From assembly GCA_035221665.1 (NCBI GenBank), contig CM069160.1, forward strand, positions 7,006,001-7,070,000: DNA of 64,000 nt, read 5' to 3'. How positions within the stretch are numbered: position 1 is the first letter of the stretch; the number at the start of each line of letters is the position of its first letter. The stretch comes from Okamejei kenojei. Lineage: Eukaryota. Shown in pieces: positions 24,296 through 37,765 of the stretch. A model generated the notes under the pieces. That model worked only from the letters and a program-made list of their open reading frames with translations, was not told the origin of the DNA and did not search any database. The position numbers were made by a program, and so were the translations under genes.

Positions 24296-26510
24296 AATAT
24301 TATGGTCACTACCTCGTAATGGCTCCTTAACCTTAAGTTCCTTTATCAAATCCGGTTGATTACGTAACACAAAATCCAGAATTGCCTTCTCCTTGGTAGC
24401 CTCCAATACAAGCTGCTCTATGAATACATCACGGAGGTACTCCACAAACTCCCTTTCTTGGGGTCCAGTACCAACCTGAGTTTCCCAGTACACGTGCATT
24501 ATGAAATTCCCCATAACAACCACAGCATTACCTTTACTACATGCCAATTTTAACTTGATTCAAGTTGTACCCTATATCCCGGCTGCTGTCTGGGGGCTTG
24601 TAGATAAGTCCTATTCGGATATTTTACTCTTGCAATTCCTTAGTTCTATCCATACTGACTCCACATCTCCTGTTTCAATGTCACCCCTCGCAAGGGACTG
24701 AATTCCATTCCTCACCAACAGAGCTACCCCATCTCCTCTGCCCAGCTGTCTGTCTTTTCGATAGGAAGTATAACCTTGAAAGTTCAGTTCCCAGCCCTGG
24801 TCCTCTTGCAGCCATGTCTCTGTAATTCCCACAGCACCATCCTTGCTAATTTATAACTGAGCCACAAGCTCATCCACTTTATTTCTTATACTTCGCGCAT
24901 TCATATACAACACTTTGTCCCCGGCATTCACGTCCCCTCTCGCACCGCTCGCAATTGGCCCTGACCTTACTCTCTTATCCCTCCTCGAACTTTCCTTGCC
25001 ATTAATTCAAGAGTCATTTGTAACTTTTCCTGTAATCACTTCTCCTTCAAATCCATGCTCCCAATTTGTCCACCCCCACCCCCGCCCCCCCCCCCCCCCC
25101 CCCCCCCCCCCACCCACCCACTATTTAGTTTAAACCCACACGTGTAGCACTAGCAAACCTTCCTAACAGAATGTGGGTCCCCCTCCAGTTAAGTGGTAAC
25201 CCATCATTCTTGTAGAGGTCACCCCTACCACAGAAGAGATCCCAGTGGTCTATAAATCTAAATCCTTGCTCCCTGCACCAGTCCCTCAGCCACACATGCA
25301 GATTCCCTGTCCTCATTAGCACGAGGTTCTGGAAGCAATCCAGAGATAACCAACCTAAAGTCCTGCTTTTCAGTCTTCTTCCTAACTCTCTGAACTCGCG
25401 TTGCAGAACCTCCTTCCTCTTCTTCCCGATGTCCTTTGTGCCTACGTGCAGAACTACTGCTGGCTGGTCACTTTCTCTCTCGAGGATGCTCTGTTTGGCT
25501 CGTGACGTCTTGAACCCTGGCACCAGGTTGGCACCAGACCACGCTTGCGTCTCGTCTGCCCCACAGCATCTCCTGTCCGCTACTCGGACAATGGAATGAC
25601 CCACCACTATGGCTCTGCTCGACGTCGGTCTCGCCGGTCGAGTCCCATTTCTAGGATTGGAGCCACCGACGTGTTCGCCGCTCGGACTGGAAGCGTCGTC
25701 TCCCCCGACAGTTCTCAAGAGGGCGTACATGTTTTCATTAGGCACAGCCAGCTGGGTATCCTGCACTCCACGGTTGCCACCCATTCTCTCAGTCGCACAC
25801 CTTAGTTCTTCTCGTATTCTTGGCGTGACCACCTCAGTATAGGTCCTGTCCAGGAAACGCTAGTTTTTCCGTATGGCCCTAAGGTCATCCAGCTGCTTCT
25901 CCAGTGGCCAAACATGGTCCTTTATGCGCTGAACCTGGACGCATTTGCCACAGTTGTAGCAGCCAGAGGCTCCATCCGTGTCTTGGGCTCCCACATCCTG
26001 CAAGCATCATACTGTCTCATCTGTCCTGTCATATGTTCACCGCGGCTCTTCCTCTCCAGCTTTTTGCGTAGTCTCCTCTCCTCAGCCTCCTCGCCTAAGA
26101 CTCCCACATCCCTCACAAGGCACTTCCCTCACTGCTAATCCCTCACTGCCGCTCCCCTGGAACAGCCTTGCTTATATTGGCTGATACGTTGCCTAATTTA
26201 CCAATTTACTAATCAAATTAAACTGTTTTTCACATCTGACTCACCTCCAACTCACCTCACCTTTCCCACGGGTTTCAGCTAATAAGCTCTTCTCCCTGCT
26301 TCTCTTTGATTCCTTCTTCTCCGAGATTTACGTAAGCACTGGGCTAACATTGGCTTTTTGGCGCTCTTTTTAAACTGTTTTCCCCACTGACTCATCTCTG
26401 ACAGCTTTCCCACGGGTTTCAGCCAATAATTGATTCTTCCTGCTTCTCTTTGCCAGCTGTTTCTCCGAGATTCACGTAACCACGGAGCCGTGGACATTTT
26501 GCTATGATCG
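24296..26510 (-). mobile_element. CR1 family C 5' part: endonuclease, ORF1 and 5' UTR
   Basis: GITETW...GSDHN; ORF1 with a Cys-motif region and an SGNH esterase-like domain. Confidence 0.85.
25125..26040 (-). pseudogene. CR1 ORF1 (SGNH/GDSL esterase-like) remnant
   Basis: AIVVGHSIVR (GDS), VVLHVGTKD (GTND), DGLPLN (DGLHL); DACRMWE zinc-finger-like start. Confidence 0.8.
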
Positions 26511-26519
26511 CCAGTGAAG

Positions 26520-26930
26520 GAGCTCCGACCGCGGGGCCCGTGCACATTAACACCTTGAAGAAACGGTCTCCGGTAAGAAGTGCCGACTCAGGTGATCCAT
26601 GCCGCAGAGTCTTCCGATACTTCCGGATGCCGGAGTTATGATCATCCCAACGAGAGGGCTTGACAGCGGACCGTCGACAGCGGGTCGTGCGGTGGGTTCC
26701 GACCACGGGTGAACAACGGAGGAAGATGACTGAACTTTATTGCTTTCCATCATAGTGAGGAATGTGTATTCCGCTGTGGTGGATGTTTATGTTAAATGTT
26801 ATTTTATGTGGCTGAATTGCATATTGGTTTTTTTGCACTTAGTATGGCTGTATGGTAACTCAAATATCACTGTACCTTCATTGGTGCATGTGACAATTAA
26901 AATGAATCTTTTACCTTGAATCTTGAATCT
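26520..26930 (+). mobile_element. 3' part of a non-autonomous retroposon (relative of the VNTR element)
   Basis: ttccatcatagtgagg...ctgtggtggatgtt core, gtgacaattaaa, (CTTGAAT)n tail. Confidence 0.65.
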
Positions 26931-27049
26931 AGGATTGCCTTCTACAGTGTGAGGCCATGCTTTGTTCAAACGTTGGATTGAACTAGTGTGCGGAGTGTTC
27001 TTTCTCTGTAGCTCTGGTTACTGGGTGTGAATGGAGACAGACAGTGCTT

Positions 27050-27260
27050 TCATTTAGTTCGGAGATAAAGTCCTCCACATTAGAAACAATTTACACTTGT
27101 ACAAAGCCAATTAACCCGCAAACGTCAACGTCCTTTGAATGTGGCAGGAAACCGAAGATCTCGGAGAAAACCCAGCGGTCACGGAGAGAACCTACAAACT
27201 CCCTACAGATAGCGCCCGTAGTCGGGATCGAACCCGGGTCCCTGGCGATGTAAATGCTCT
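27050..27260 (-). mobile_element. V-SINE fragment
   Basis: Reverse-strand B box (ggatcgaacc) and V core. Confidence 0.75.
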
Positions 27261-28929
27261 AACGCAGCAAATCATTGCCCCAATTGAAATTATTCACCAA
27301 GGGTTGGCCACTGTATCCATAGAAGCGATGACTGTGGAGAATGTTGGGGCCTACAATGGTCCATTGTTGGCTTGCGTAAGTTGACTACGAGTGGATACTA
27401 ATCGTGTACGTCAATAGGACAACTGTGAAACTAGTTTGACGGCCTGGGTGGGGTAGGGCGGAGAGAGATGGGATGAAAATGTTACTTGAAGTTGGAGAAC
27501 TGAGTATTCAAACCACTGGGTTGTGAGCTTCCCAAGCAAAATATAAGGTGCTGCTCCTCTAATTTGCAGTTGACCATACTCTGACAGTGGAGTAAGCCCA
27601 TGATAGAAAGGTCAGTATGGAAATGAGAGAGGGAGTTAAAGAGTTTGGCAACGGGAGATCGAGTAGGCCAAGGCGGACTGAGTATAGATGTTCGGCATGT
27701 CTGTACATGAATGCGGTAGGTGACTGAAATAACTCGAAATCAAGCGCGTCCATCATTAAAATCACTATTAAACACGACAGACGACTTGGTTTGGATTGTG
27801 AGTGAATATTGGGACGGGATCTATTTTACCCTCATTATCCAGACATACACCATCAATACCCATCAAGATGTTGCGAAGATCGACGAGATTCCACCTAAGC
27901 ATCTTCAGGTATCTAAGCCAATTTATTCTCTCCTCCTGATCCATAACATACGCCGTTGAAAATCCGTACGTCCTGTAATTTGCAGACATGTACCTTCTAT
28001 GGTTTGACAACCAGAACTGTGCACTCAACTCCAGCTGTTTTATGAATGTGTTGGAAGGAACTGCGGATGCTGGCATATACCGAAGATAGATACAAAATGC
28101 TGGGATAACTCAGCATAACAGGCAGCATCTCTGGATAGAAGGAATGGATGAAGTTTCTGGTCGAGACCCTTCTTCAAACTCAGTATTTTATGATGTTGAA
28201 CTATACCGTCAGTGATCTCATGTTCCATGCTACAGCCACTGTTGGCAAGTATCTCATAGATTCATATACCATGGAAACAGGTATTCCGGCCCAACCTGGT
28301 CACACCAACCAAAATGTCCAATCTGCGCTAGTCCCGCTTGCATTTGGCCCATATCCCTGTCAACCTGTCCTAGCCACGTACCTGTCATGATGTCTTTAAA
28401 AATTATGATACCACCCTCCTCAACGACCTCCTCCGGCAACTCTTTCCATACACCCACCGATCTTTGTCTACAAAAAGCTACCCCTTATGTCCTATTAAAT
28501 CAAACCCTCCCCTTCACCTTAAACCTATGTCGACTGGTATTTGGTTCACTGTGCGTTGACCTGATCTATTCTTCTCATGATGTTGTACAACTCTGTAAGA
28601 CCACCCCTCATCATCCTCCGTTCCAAGGCTGACATGCCACTTTCACCACCTTGTGGTTGCTACTTCCACGTTCCATGGATTTATACGCCAATACTTCCCT
28701 GCATTACCCCATAAGGCATCATAAATGACTTTGTATGTGGCTTCCTTATTAGTTTTCACAAAGTACATCACCAGGTTCATAATAGGATTAAATTCCAATT
28801 ATCATTGCTCAACTTATTCCTCCCTCTGTTGATAAATAACTTAGAACATCGAATATTCGTACAATGGCACTTTATTGTCACATGTTCCTCGGTTCAGTGA
28901 AGTTCCATATTTGCGTGTAGTTCAGTTAT

Positions 28930-29140
28930 GTCCCTGTCACGCTTAGGAAACATGAACTGAAACCCCTGGAGACTTTGCGCCCCACCCAAGGTTTCCGTGT
29001 GGTTCCCGGAGGTTCCCGCAGGTTTTTGTCAGATTCCCGGAGGTTTTTTCCATTTTTTGAAATAATCGCCGGAACGTAGAAGAAGCGGAAACCACTTTCG
29101 ACCATTAGGGAGACTGATAAAAAACTCCGGGAAACAATGT
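28930..29140. repeat. Short element with internal ttcccggaggtt repeats, probably a MITE fragment
   Basis: Direct repeats ttcccggaggtt and a partial inverted copy (aactccgggaa). Confidence 0.4.
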
Positions 29141-30096
29141 TTCCACATTGTATGATTATTTGAATCTACGAACCACGCCATCATGTAACCAAGGGATATA
29201 GCTTGTTTGACATTGTTGTTGTTGACATAGTTTGATAAACCTGGTGTTCTGACAAATAAAATTATTATAAAAATGCATGCTTCCACCATGAGAATATGAG
29301 CTTCATCTTCAGGAAGAAAAGAGAGGTTCACCAAAGACAAAGAGGGAGTGCCTCCTACGTCTCAAGGCCATGGACACAATCACACTTCCTCTGACAAGAA
29401 TGTCTAAATAATACAGCGTGTCAGAGAAATTCGGAACAATGTTTGGAAGAACCGAATGTCTGATGTTAACGACTTCCCCTCTCATGAAAGTAATCTTTGT
29501 GGGATTTCCATAGACGACACAAATGAACAAACGCACACAAAACATCAAGAAGCAGTGCACCGTGGCAGCCGTCCATTTGGACCATTAAATGGACAGGAAA
29601 GGTTTCAAGACGATTTGGGCCAAACTGAGGCATATATAACTATATTAGATGGAGTATCTTAGTCTGCATGGGCGAGTTGGTAGGAGTTCATGTTTCCCGC
29701 TGTATGCCTTTACGACCCTATCACCGGTTAATTGTGTGAACCACCAAAGTGGGAAACTAAGATTAGTGTAGATGGGCTAAAAGAGGGTTGTAGATTTTTG
29801 GAGGGAAGTGCTCTTACCTGTACAATGTGGTACACAGCGAATTTCCATAATGTGTCGAAGAGGTCAGGAGGACACATTATTGGCAACAATGCTTAATACA
29901 AGATTCAACTATCAGCTCCTTATCCCTAAACACAATGAAGTTAAACCACGTGTTGACTCACACAGTAGAAATGTGATCATGAATTACAGTAAGACCTTGA
30001 CCAGCTGGTGAAAGGAAGGAGGTTGAGAAAATAGGATGTAATAAAATAACACGAATACAACGTCACTTTGAAATGAATTGTGGTTTCACTGAGAAA

Positions 30097-32728
30097 TTAA
30101 AAGTGCTTTAATGAATTAGACAAGAACCCGCATGGACACCTAACCAGGTTTTTTAATTCTTCTCTGAATTTCGTCTGTGATACGGCGTAAATAAACGTGT
30201 TGGTGCAAGCACTCAGACACCTCAGCATATATCCGGACTGTTCTGCCACGGTAAATGGGTCGTCGTAATCTGTTGCTAAAAGCTTCACGTCTATAAATCG
30301 TACATTGATGAAACACACGAATATTACCATCCACAGTAGGATGAAGCTGCCGGATACTGCCAGCAATAGAATGATGGACTTCCTTCTATTCTCCACCTCT
30401 TGATCTGCGCCGCTCTCGTCCATCTTGTTCGCTCGGAGACCGCTCCTCACTATGTTGGCGCGTATAATGTGTCTGATTGTCAGGGCGTTGAGGAGCATGA
30501 TCAGTAGGAATGGTGTAAATGGGGTTAAAATAGTTTCGAACGACCAAAATGCTACCAGTAACGGTGAGGTGTAGAAGTCTGGGGTTACGCCACAGGACCA
30601 AGCCACGTTGTCAATGATTTCCCGTGGTGCGTAGACAAAATACATTGGGATATTTTCAATAACACTCAGGGAACACACCACTGCTATCACCAAAGTCGCG
30701 GTTTTACCTGTGCAATATCTTCCACGTAACATTTGACAACAAATCGCAACAAATCGATCGAAGGTGAATGTCACCGTTAGCCAGACAGAGCAATGAATGG
30801 ACATAAAAAGCAGGGTCAAGTTGACGCTACAAACTGGAGTTAAGTTCAGAAATGAATTGGGGAAATAGCCATCTTTAATCTCGTAGAGAATTACCTCGAA
30901 GATCAGAACCATTAAATCACCCACGGCCATGGATACCAGGTAAAGGGTGATACATTTGGAGAGACCACACTTTCCCCGGGGGAGAATTACGATTGCCACC
31001 ACGTTAACTGTAGAAAAAAACAAGTTAAAAAGACTTTACTACCCGTTATTGGTCTTGCAGGAAACTTAGTTTAGAGATACAGCTTGGAAACGGGACGTTC
31101 GGCCCATCGAGTCGTCTCCGACCAACGATCACAGTAGTTCTATCCGACACACTAGAGCCAATTTACAGAAGCCTATTAACCTACAGACCTGCACGTGTTT
31201 GGGTTCCGAGAGGAAACATTAACGATAACACACCATTGATCAAGCATGTGAACCAACACAATACCAGATCAAAGGGACGCTACAGATTTTTGGCTGTTGG
31301 TCTATTTCCAGTGAGTCAATGGGGACAGATTGGCGAAATTGGACATTCATGGGGTTCTTGAAAGCTGCGGTGGAACGTGGAAGGTTAAAGTCATTCTATT
31401 TTCTTACTGCCAAATATCTCCCGCCGAACCACTAAAAAAAGTATCCGGCTAACTACGACTAATTCACGGGGATTGTCGCTCGTCCACTGAATTGGTTCTG
31501 CAGCAGATGCCCTGACTTACTAAGTGTTCCGCCCGTTCACTTATTGGAAGAGCTATGTGAACAGACCTGGGACAGACACAAAATGCTGGAGCAACTCAGC
31601 GGGACAGGCAGCATCCCTGGATAGAATGAATCGGTGATGCCTCGGGTAAGGCCCTTCCTCGGATTGAGCAAGATGCAGAGCCTGAGGAATAGGCTCGATC
31701 CGAAGTGTCATCCATTCCTTCTATCCAGGGATGCTGCCTTTGCACCTGTTGATCCAGCATTTTGTCTCTTTCACTGGTGGAAGGCGGCATCTGCTGTTCC
31801 TTCCTGAAGAAACCCGGGACCCTAATTATTCTAGGAGACACTAGGATCGAAGTACGGGACTGCAAAGCGAAGTCCAACGTGCTGGATGGATTCAACAGGC
31901 AGGCATCTCATGCAGAGGGAAATTGAGATACGATGTTTCGGGTCTGGACATTTCTTCAGACTAATGATATTTTATCAGACTTTGTCCCTCTCATTCTAAA
32001 TCTGTGCCCTCTAATCGTTGTTTCCCACGATGAATGCAAGGCGGAATTTGGAACGAGCAATTGGAACATGTAATGAAGTTTCTATCTGATTTCCAACTTT
32101 GCCGCCTGTCGGTACCTCGCCTTGGAGACGCTGCGATACAGACACAGACTTCAGAGCGAGAAGCAATGAACACATTTGGGGATCCTGAAGTTGTAATGGG
32201 GGGTTTAAATTGTTAGTCGTACTGGTTTCTAGACTAAGGTAGAGCAGTTGGCAGAGATGCCGTCTCGCGGCTCCAGAAACCCGGGTTGAATCATGAACTC
32301 GGGTGCTCTCAGTGTGGAGGTTATTCCTTCTCCCTGTGACTATGGGTTTCCTTCCGGTTCTCCGGTTTCTTCCCACATTCCAAAGACCTGCGGGTTGGTA
32401 GGTAAATTGGCTTCTGTAAATTATCCCTGATATGTAGGACAGAGGTGACCGTTTGTCGGCGCGTACTCGGTGGGCCCGAGGGCCTATTTCCGCGCTGTAC
32501 CTCTAAAAGAAACACGATGTACGCTATATTTGCTGGTTCCATGTCGATTAGTATTTGGCTGCCAATACTAAATCAAACAGACAATTAAGAATACACTTCC
32601 ACTTAACAACACATAATTACACAACGAAAAGATTAACAGATGAGAATAAGCTGCTTACCAGGAACGCCGATGATGGCAAGGATCGGATAGCAAATGTTTT
32701 CTAGCTGAATTATTACCGGCTGTTTCAT
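30097..32728 (-). CDS. GPR139-like class A GPCR copy 1, intact, 326 aa; join(32728..32659, 31007..30097)
   Basis: Exon 1 MKQPVIIQLENICYPILAIIGVP with G|GTAAG; acceptor ttttctacAG; 981 nt total; seven TM segments with DRF and NTFIY. The phase-1 intron after G-x-P in TM1 matches GPR139. Confidence 0.93.
32237..32508 (+). mobile_element. V-SINE in the intron of GPCR copy 1
   Basis: Degenerate A/B boxes, cccacattccaaagac core, CR1-type tail. Confidence 0.8.
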
Positions 32729-33239
32729 ACTAGCCTTTCCAGTCAATGCTGTCACAGTTTATACTCGGGAGAAATGTAGTCACACATTAGCTCGGTAAAA
32801 TGATTGGTACTAGTGGCAGACTTTTAAACAGGCAAAATTGGCCAGATGCCAATGAGAACTGATTAAGTTAGTGCGCAATGTTTTCCGCCGAAATGAAGCA
32901 CGGGATAACACTTTAATTAGAAACACACATGTCTTAATATGCCAGAATTCTCCAGTTGGAAAAAATATTCCTTGATTTGCGGATCTATTTTTTCAGACAA
33001 ATGCGTGGACCATGCAGGACCCTATGGACATGTATATTGTCTTTTTTTAATCTTTTCTCTTTTAATTCAATATTAATTTCAAGTTTTCGTGTTCCTTGTT
33101 GGGTGTTATGATTATTGGCACACCAAGTTCCCTCCGGGGACGATTATAGTTCTAAAGTATCGCAATAGACTCACAGAATCAGGGATATTAGCAACCTTTC
33201 TCTCTCGTGCATCTAGATGCCTCTTTCTTGATCATACGA

Positions 33240-33560
33240 TCATACGATCAAACGTGATAGGAGCAGAATTAGGCCATTCGGCCCATAAAGTCTACTCCGC
33301 CATTCAATCATGGCTGATCTATTTCTCACTCATAACCTCATCTTCCTGCTTTTTCCCATAACATCTGACACCCGTACTAATCAAGAATATATCTGTCTCT
33401 GCCTTAAATATATCCAATAACGGCCTCCACAACCTTCTGTGGCACAGATTCACCACCATCTGACTAAAGAAATCCGTCCTAATCCCCTTACTAATAAAAC
33501 GTCGTTTAATTCGGACTCTCGTCTTCGTCGCTCCCACTAGTGGAAACATCCTCTGCACTT
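33240..33560 (-). mobile_element. CR1 3' fragment
   Basis: ggagcagaattaggccattcggccc tail; FPLVG.TKTR. Confidence 0.75.
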
Positions 33561-33649
33561 CCATTCACTCTTTGGAGTCAGTCACGCAGTTATAGAGTCA
33601 TGGAGAGAGAAACAGACCCTTTGGCCCACTTTCTCTCTGCAGGCAAATC

Positions 33650-33742
33650 AAGGGGGAGGGAGGGGAGGGAGGAAAGAGAGGGGAAGGAGGGGAGGGAAGA
33701 GAGAAATTGGGGAGGGAGAGAGAGGTGGATGGGAAAGGGAAA
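33650..33742 (+). repeat. GA-rich low-complexity tract
   Basis: Nearly pure purine run. Confidence 0.8.
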
Positions 33743-34009
33743 TGTGGATTATCTTCAGTGAGATTGCAAAATTAAGGTATGTTTTAGAGCTATTATATAT
33801 TCTCCTCCATATGAATAATATTAAACAATATCAAATAATATCAAACATTTGGAACTGCTTTCTTTTCCTTGATGACAATCTTAAAACATATGAATTCCAT
33901 AGTTTGTGACAGATATATACATTTTAATTGGATCATTCTGTACCGATGTAACATGCCCATTTCGTGATCGGGGGGGGGGGGGCAAATATGCATCAAGCCG
34001 ATAGCCTAA

Positions 34010-34280
34010 TCGTGAGCCGGGTTCGATCCCGAATACGAGTGCTGTTTTTATGCAGTTTCTACGTTCTCACCGTGACCTGCGTGTGTTTTCTCCGATTTCT
34101 TCGGGTTTCGTCTCACACTCCTACGACGTACAGGTCTGTAGGTCAATTGGCTTGGAAAATGTTTCTTTTTAAATTGTCCCTTGTCGGTGTAGGATAGTGT
34201 TCATCTGCGGGGATTGCTAGTCGGCAGGACACGGCGGGCCGAAGGGCATGTTTCCGCGCTCTTTCTCTAAAACGAAACTG
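34010..34280 (+). mobile_element. V-SINE
   Basis: GGTTCGATCC B box, V core and tail. Confidence 0.75.
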
Positions 34281-34559
34281 TACAAATTAAAAAAATATCA
34301 TATCTATTTCAATAACACACACCATTCGCTTCGTGTATTATTATGCAAAAATAAGATTATTACTCTGGGGCAATGCAAGAAAATATTTTAAGAGAAATGC
34401 CACATGCGTTTCTTGCAGACGATAATTGTTATTTCGTATATAAAGGTATTAAAAATCGAAATGATTGTTCTAAAATGAATATATTTCCAAGGGAGGACCA
34501 GTGTAAAAAAAGTGTTAGCATACGTTCTGAAATCTGTAAAATAATGTTTTAAGCAAGGA

Positions 34560-35280
34560 GAAAGGAAAGGTTGTGCTTATGATGGACGTTCTCTTTCTTG
34601 AGTAAACGTATTTTCCCCGCTGCTAGGATGGGTACATCCTCAACCACATCTCCTCTGCATCTTGAAGTTCTGCACTCGCTCCCCTTGCCTCCGTACGGAA
34701 CTACGAAATGGTTATCCTGGTCTTTAAATTTAATCCGCCAGCCTCCTTATCCAACACATTATTCTCCATATCTCCCCCACACATCTGCCTATCCCCATTA
34801 CCTCTCACCTTCCATAAATGCCGCTCTCCCTTATCCGGTTGCAGCCAAACCACCCTCTCCCCAGGTCCCATCCGCTGCAGCACAGGAGATGTAACACCCG
34901 TCATTATACCTCATGCCTTACATCAGTCCAATGACACCTGTAGTCCTTCTACTTGAAAGAGGGGTTCGCATGTACCTCCACTGACGTCATCTGCTGGTTT
35001 TGCTGCGTCCGATTTGGACTCATTACTTCGGCGAAACCAAGCGTCGATGGGACGACCATCTCTCCCAATACGTGCTCTCGGCCAGGGAGCTAGTACACAA
35101 TATTCCGGTTACTAAACATTATTATTCGATTACTCATTCCCACATGCATTCGTGTATTTGGTCTCCTTCATTGTCAGAGTAAGCCGCACGTACACGTTGG
35201 AACATCATCTCATATTCCGCTTGAGTATTTTACAAATTAACGGTATGAACACTGAACCATTTAATATTTCAATACAACTA
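34560..35280 (+). mobile_element. Penelope-like fragment (GIY-YIG endonuclease region)
   Basis: YFGETKRRWDDH...PVTKHY, resembling YIGETKRRLGDRF...PVA.HF. Confidence 0.7.
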
Positions 35281-35389
35281 ACCGAAGCAACTAATATTGC
35301 ATCCTAATTTCAATAACAGTTGAAACAAGCGTAGATGTATAAATACATGTTTAAACTAGCTGTGCTTAACGGAAGTGAACATGCACATC

Positions 35390-36320
35390 CGTCTCGCCTG
35401 GAAGGTCTATTGGGGTACTTGGACGAAGTTGAAGGATGAAGTAGAGGGAAAATGTTATATATGATGCGGTTGCAGAGAAATGTAGCCGGGTCGGGATGAT
35501 TTGAGTGGAAACTGATGAGTGAAACAAGGTCTTGCCGAAGGTGGAATGCGAGGGAGGTGGAAAGATGTGACTGGTAGTGAGATCACGTTGAATGTGACGG
35601 AAATGTCGAAGTTGTTGGTGCGGAGGATGGTGGGGTTATAGGTGATGACCATGATAATTCTATCCTTGTTCCGTTAAGGGGAGGATAGTGGGGACATCGA
35701 GAGCAGAACTACGAGACAGAGGATAATCGGGTGAGGAACGGGTAAAGATTGGGGACATCAGGGTAAAACCGCGTTTACTAAAGTATATGGACATCTCATA
35801 ATTATTGAAGTGGACATGTTGACCGTGGGAGCAGTTACGGCCAACAGATGAATTCAAGTAGCGATTCAAGGAGTGGAGCAGATACTTCAAGGCGTTTGAT
35901 GTCTTGCCGGCAGTTGGAGATTTTTTTAAAAATCAACAAAGTGTAAAAGGCCGGTACGTGGACGCCAAGCTCGGGATGAATGTTGGGGACGGGAGAATGG
36001 GTCGCCACTGGGAGGCGAAGATCCTTTACCACCCGGAGGTGATGGTCTATGGTCGGAAGGGAGACAGGGAATAACGAATGCTCTGGTGAAGTTTTGTTAG
36101 TGGATGAAGGGACTGAGAGGTGAGGTGGGCTGCATGCGTGGTGGGTAGGTGACGTTGCATGCTTCGAGGGTTGACGGTGGCGTGGGCAGGTAAGGTATCG
36201 AGACAGCGGAGAACTTTGTGCGAGTCCGAGGTGCGATGGCATAAGCAGACCGAGCTTGGAAGCGCCCTGAGTTGGGGGAACGCAGTGGCGATTGTTCGGT
36301 CCAACCTGGAAGTGCTTGTG
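35390..36320 (-). mobile_element. Decayed Penelope-like fragment
   Basis: Reverse complement resembles 34560-34950 and 58660-59050. Confidence 0.55.
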
Positions 36321-37465
36321 GAGGTGGAGGCGGGTGGAAGATGGGACCACAGTCAGACTAGATCAATGTTATCCCTCTTTCTCGTCCATTCCCTATATTT
36401 CTTTGGGCAATTTGCAGACACCGTATGCCCTAAAATCCCGCACATCTTTCGGATGTGGGTGGAAGCCAGGAGCACCCGATGCAAACACTGAGACAGCAGG
36501 CAAACTGCATTCAGCTAACATTCGATGTCAGAATAGAACGCGGGTTCCTGGCGCTATGAGGCAGCTGCTCTACCAGTTGCTCCACCGTGCCCCTCAATTT
36601 CCCCTTGAGTTTAGTCAGTTTGAAATTGGCTATTTACAGTCAGCCTATCCAGGTTGTAATTAAATATAGCGATTGCTCAAATCTCCCTCATTGAAAATCT
36701 GCCACAAGCAAACACTTTCCGCATCATGTTGACTAGAGTTGTACAATATTTTACTATGTCTGAAGAAAGAACCCGCCCCGAAATACAATATATTTATTGT
36801 CCCCAGGGATGCTGCCCGACCCGCTGAATTTCTCCACCACATTGTGGCTTTTTATGGTAACCCGGCATCTACAGGTCCTTGTGTTAAAGTCTGTCGCTCA
36901 CCTGAAAAGGCGGTCGGTGCGCAATTGTAGGTAGACCAAAATGCTGGATAAATTCATGGAGGGAGGCAGCATCTATGGAGCGAAGGAAATAGGCAATGTT
37001 TCGGGCCGAAACCCTTCTTCAGACACAGTTTTGTGCTTGCGTGTTAACTAGAAACTTCAAATATAGCAATTGAACAAGGGTTCCGACACGAAGCGTCACC
37101 CATCCTATGTCTGCCAGATATGCTGCCTGACCCTCTAAGTGACACACATTCTATGTCTCTCTTCTACAGCAATTATGAGGATAGTTAACTTTCCTGCCCC
37201 TGTCTATTGTCTGTTGTCTATTGCTAGAATAGATATAAACTTGTTCATGATTTAGGAAGTAGTTTTATAGCTAATCTACAAAGATAATTATTCTCATCTC
37301 TGCTAGGTCCTGCAAACAAAGCATTGCAGTGCCACAATTGTGCAATGAGCGCCTTATCTGCCAGTAGATTATTCACCTGCAGACTTTCCCTTGCGTTCCT
37401 GTCTTCTGATGCCTTATAGTTTACGCATGTTCTCCCTGCCTGGTGGCGATTTCTCTTGGGGACTC

Positions 37466-37497
<32 letters not shown>

Positions 37498-37765
37498 ACG
37501 TCCGAAGACAGAACTGTTTGGCAGACTAACTCACCTCTTTGAGACGGCACTGATGTAGGTGGTCTTTTTGAGAATTAACGGGCATTTAAGAGCCACGGAA
37601 GGGGACACATTGCATTGACATGCTGAGGCGGAATGGACTGCCGGGATTAACCTGACAGTCGCAATAGATCCAATGTTCTGAATAGTATCTCGGAGCGTAA
37701 GAGGCAATAATATAACAAAGTGGACAACGACGAATGGAAAATATTTTTTCAGTTTCAAGGAGACA

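Noticed and set aside
29280-29560. Possible exon in unique sequence downstream of GPCR copy 1
   Set aside because: No convincing splice pair or recognisable protein motif.
30097-31023. Single-exon GPCR starting at the ORF-track start (also 52433-53383)
   Set aside because: Those starts are intronic; TM1 is completed only by splicing to the 70-nt upstream exon.
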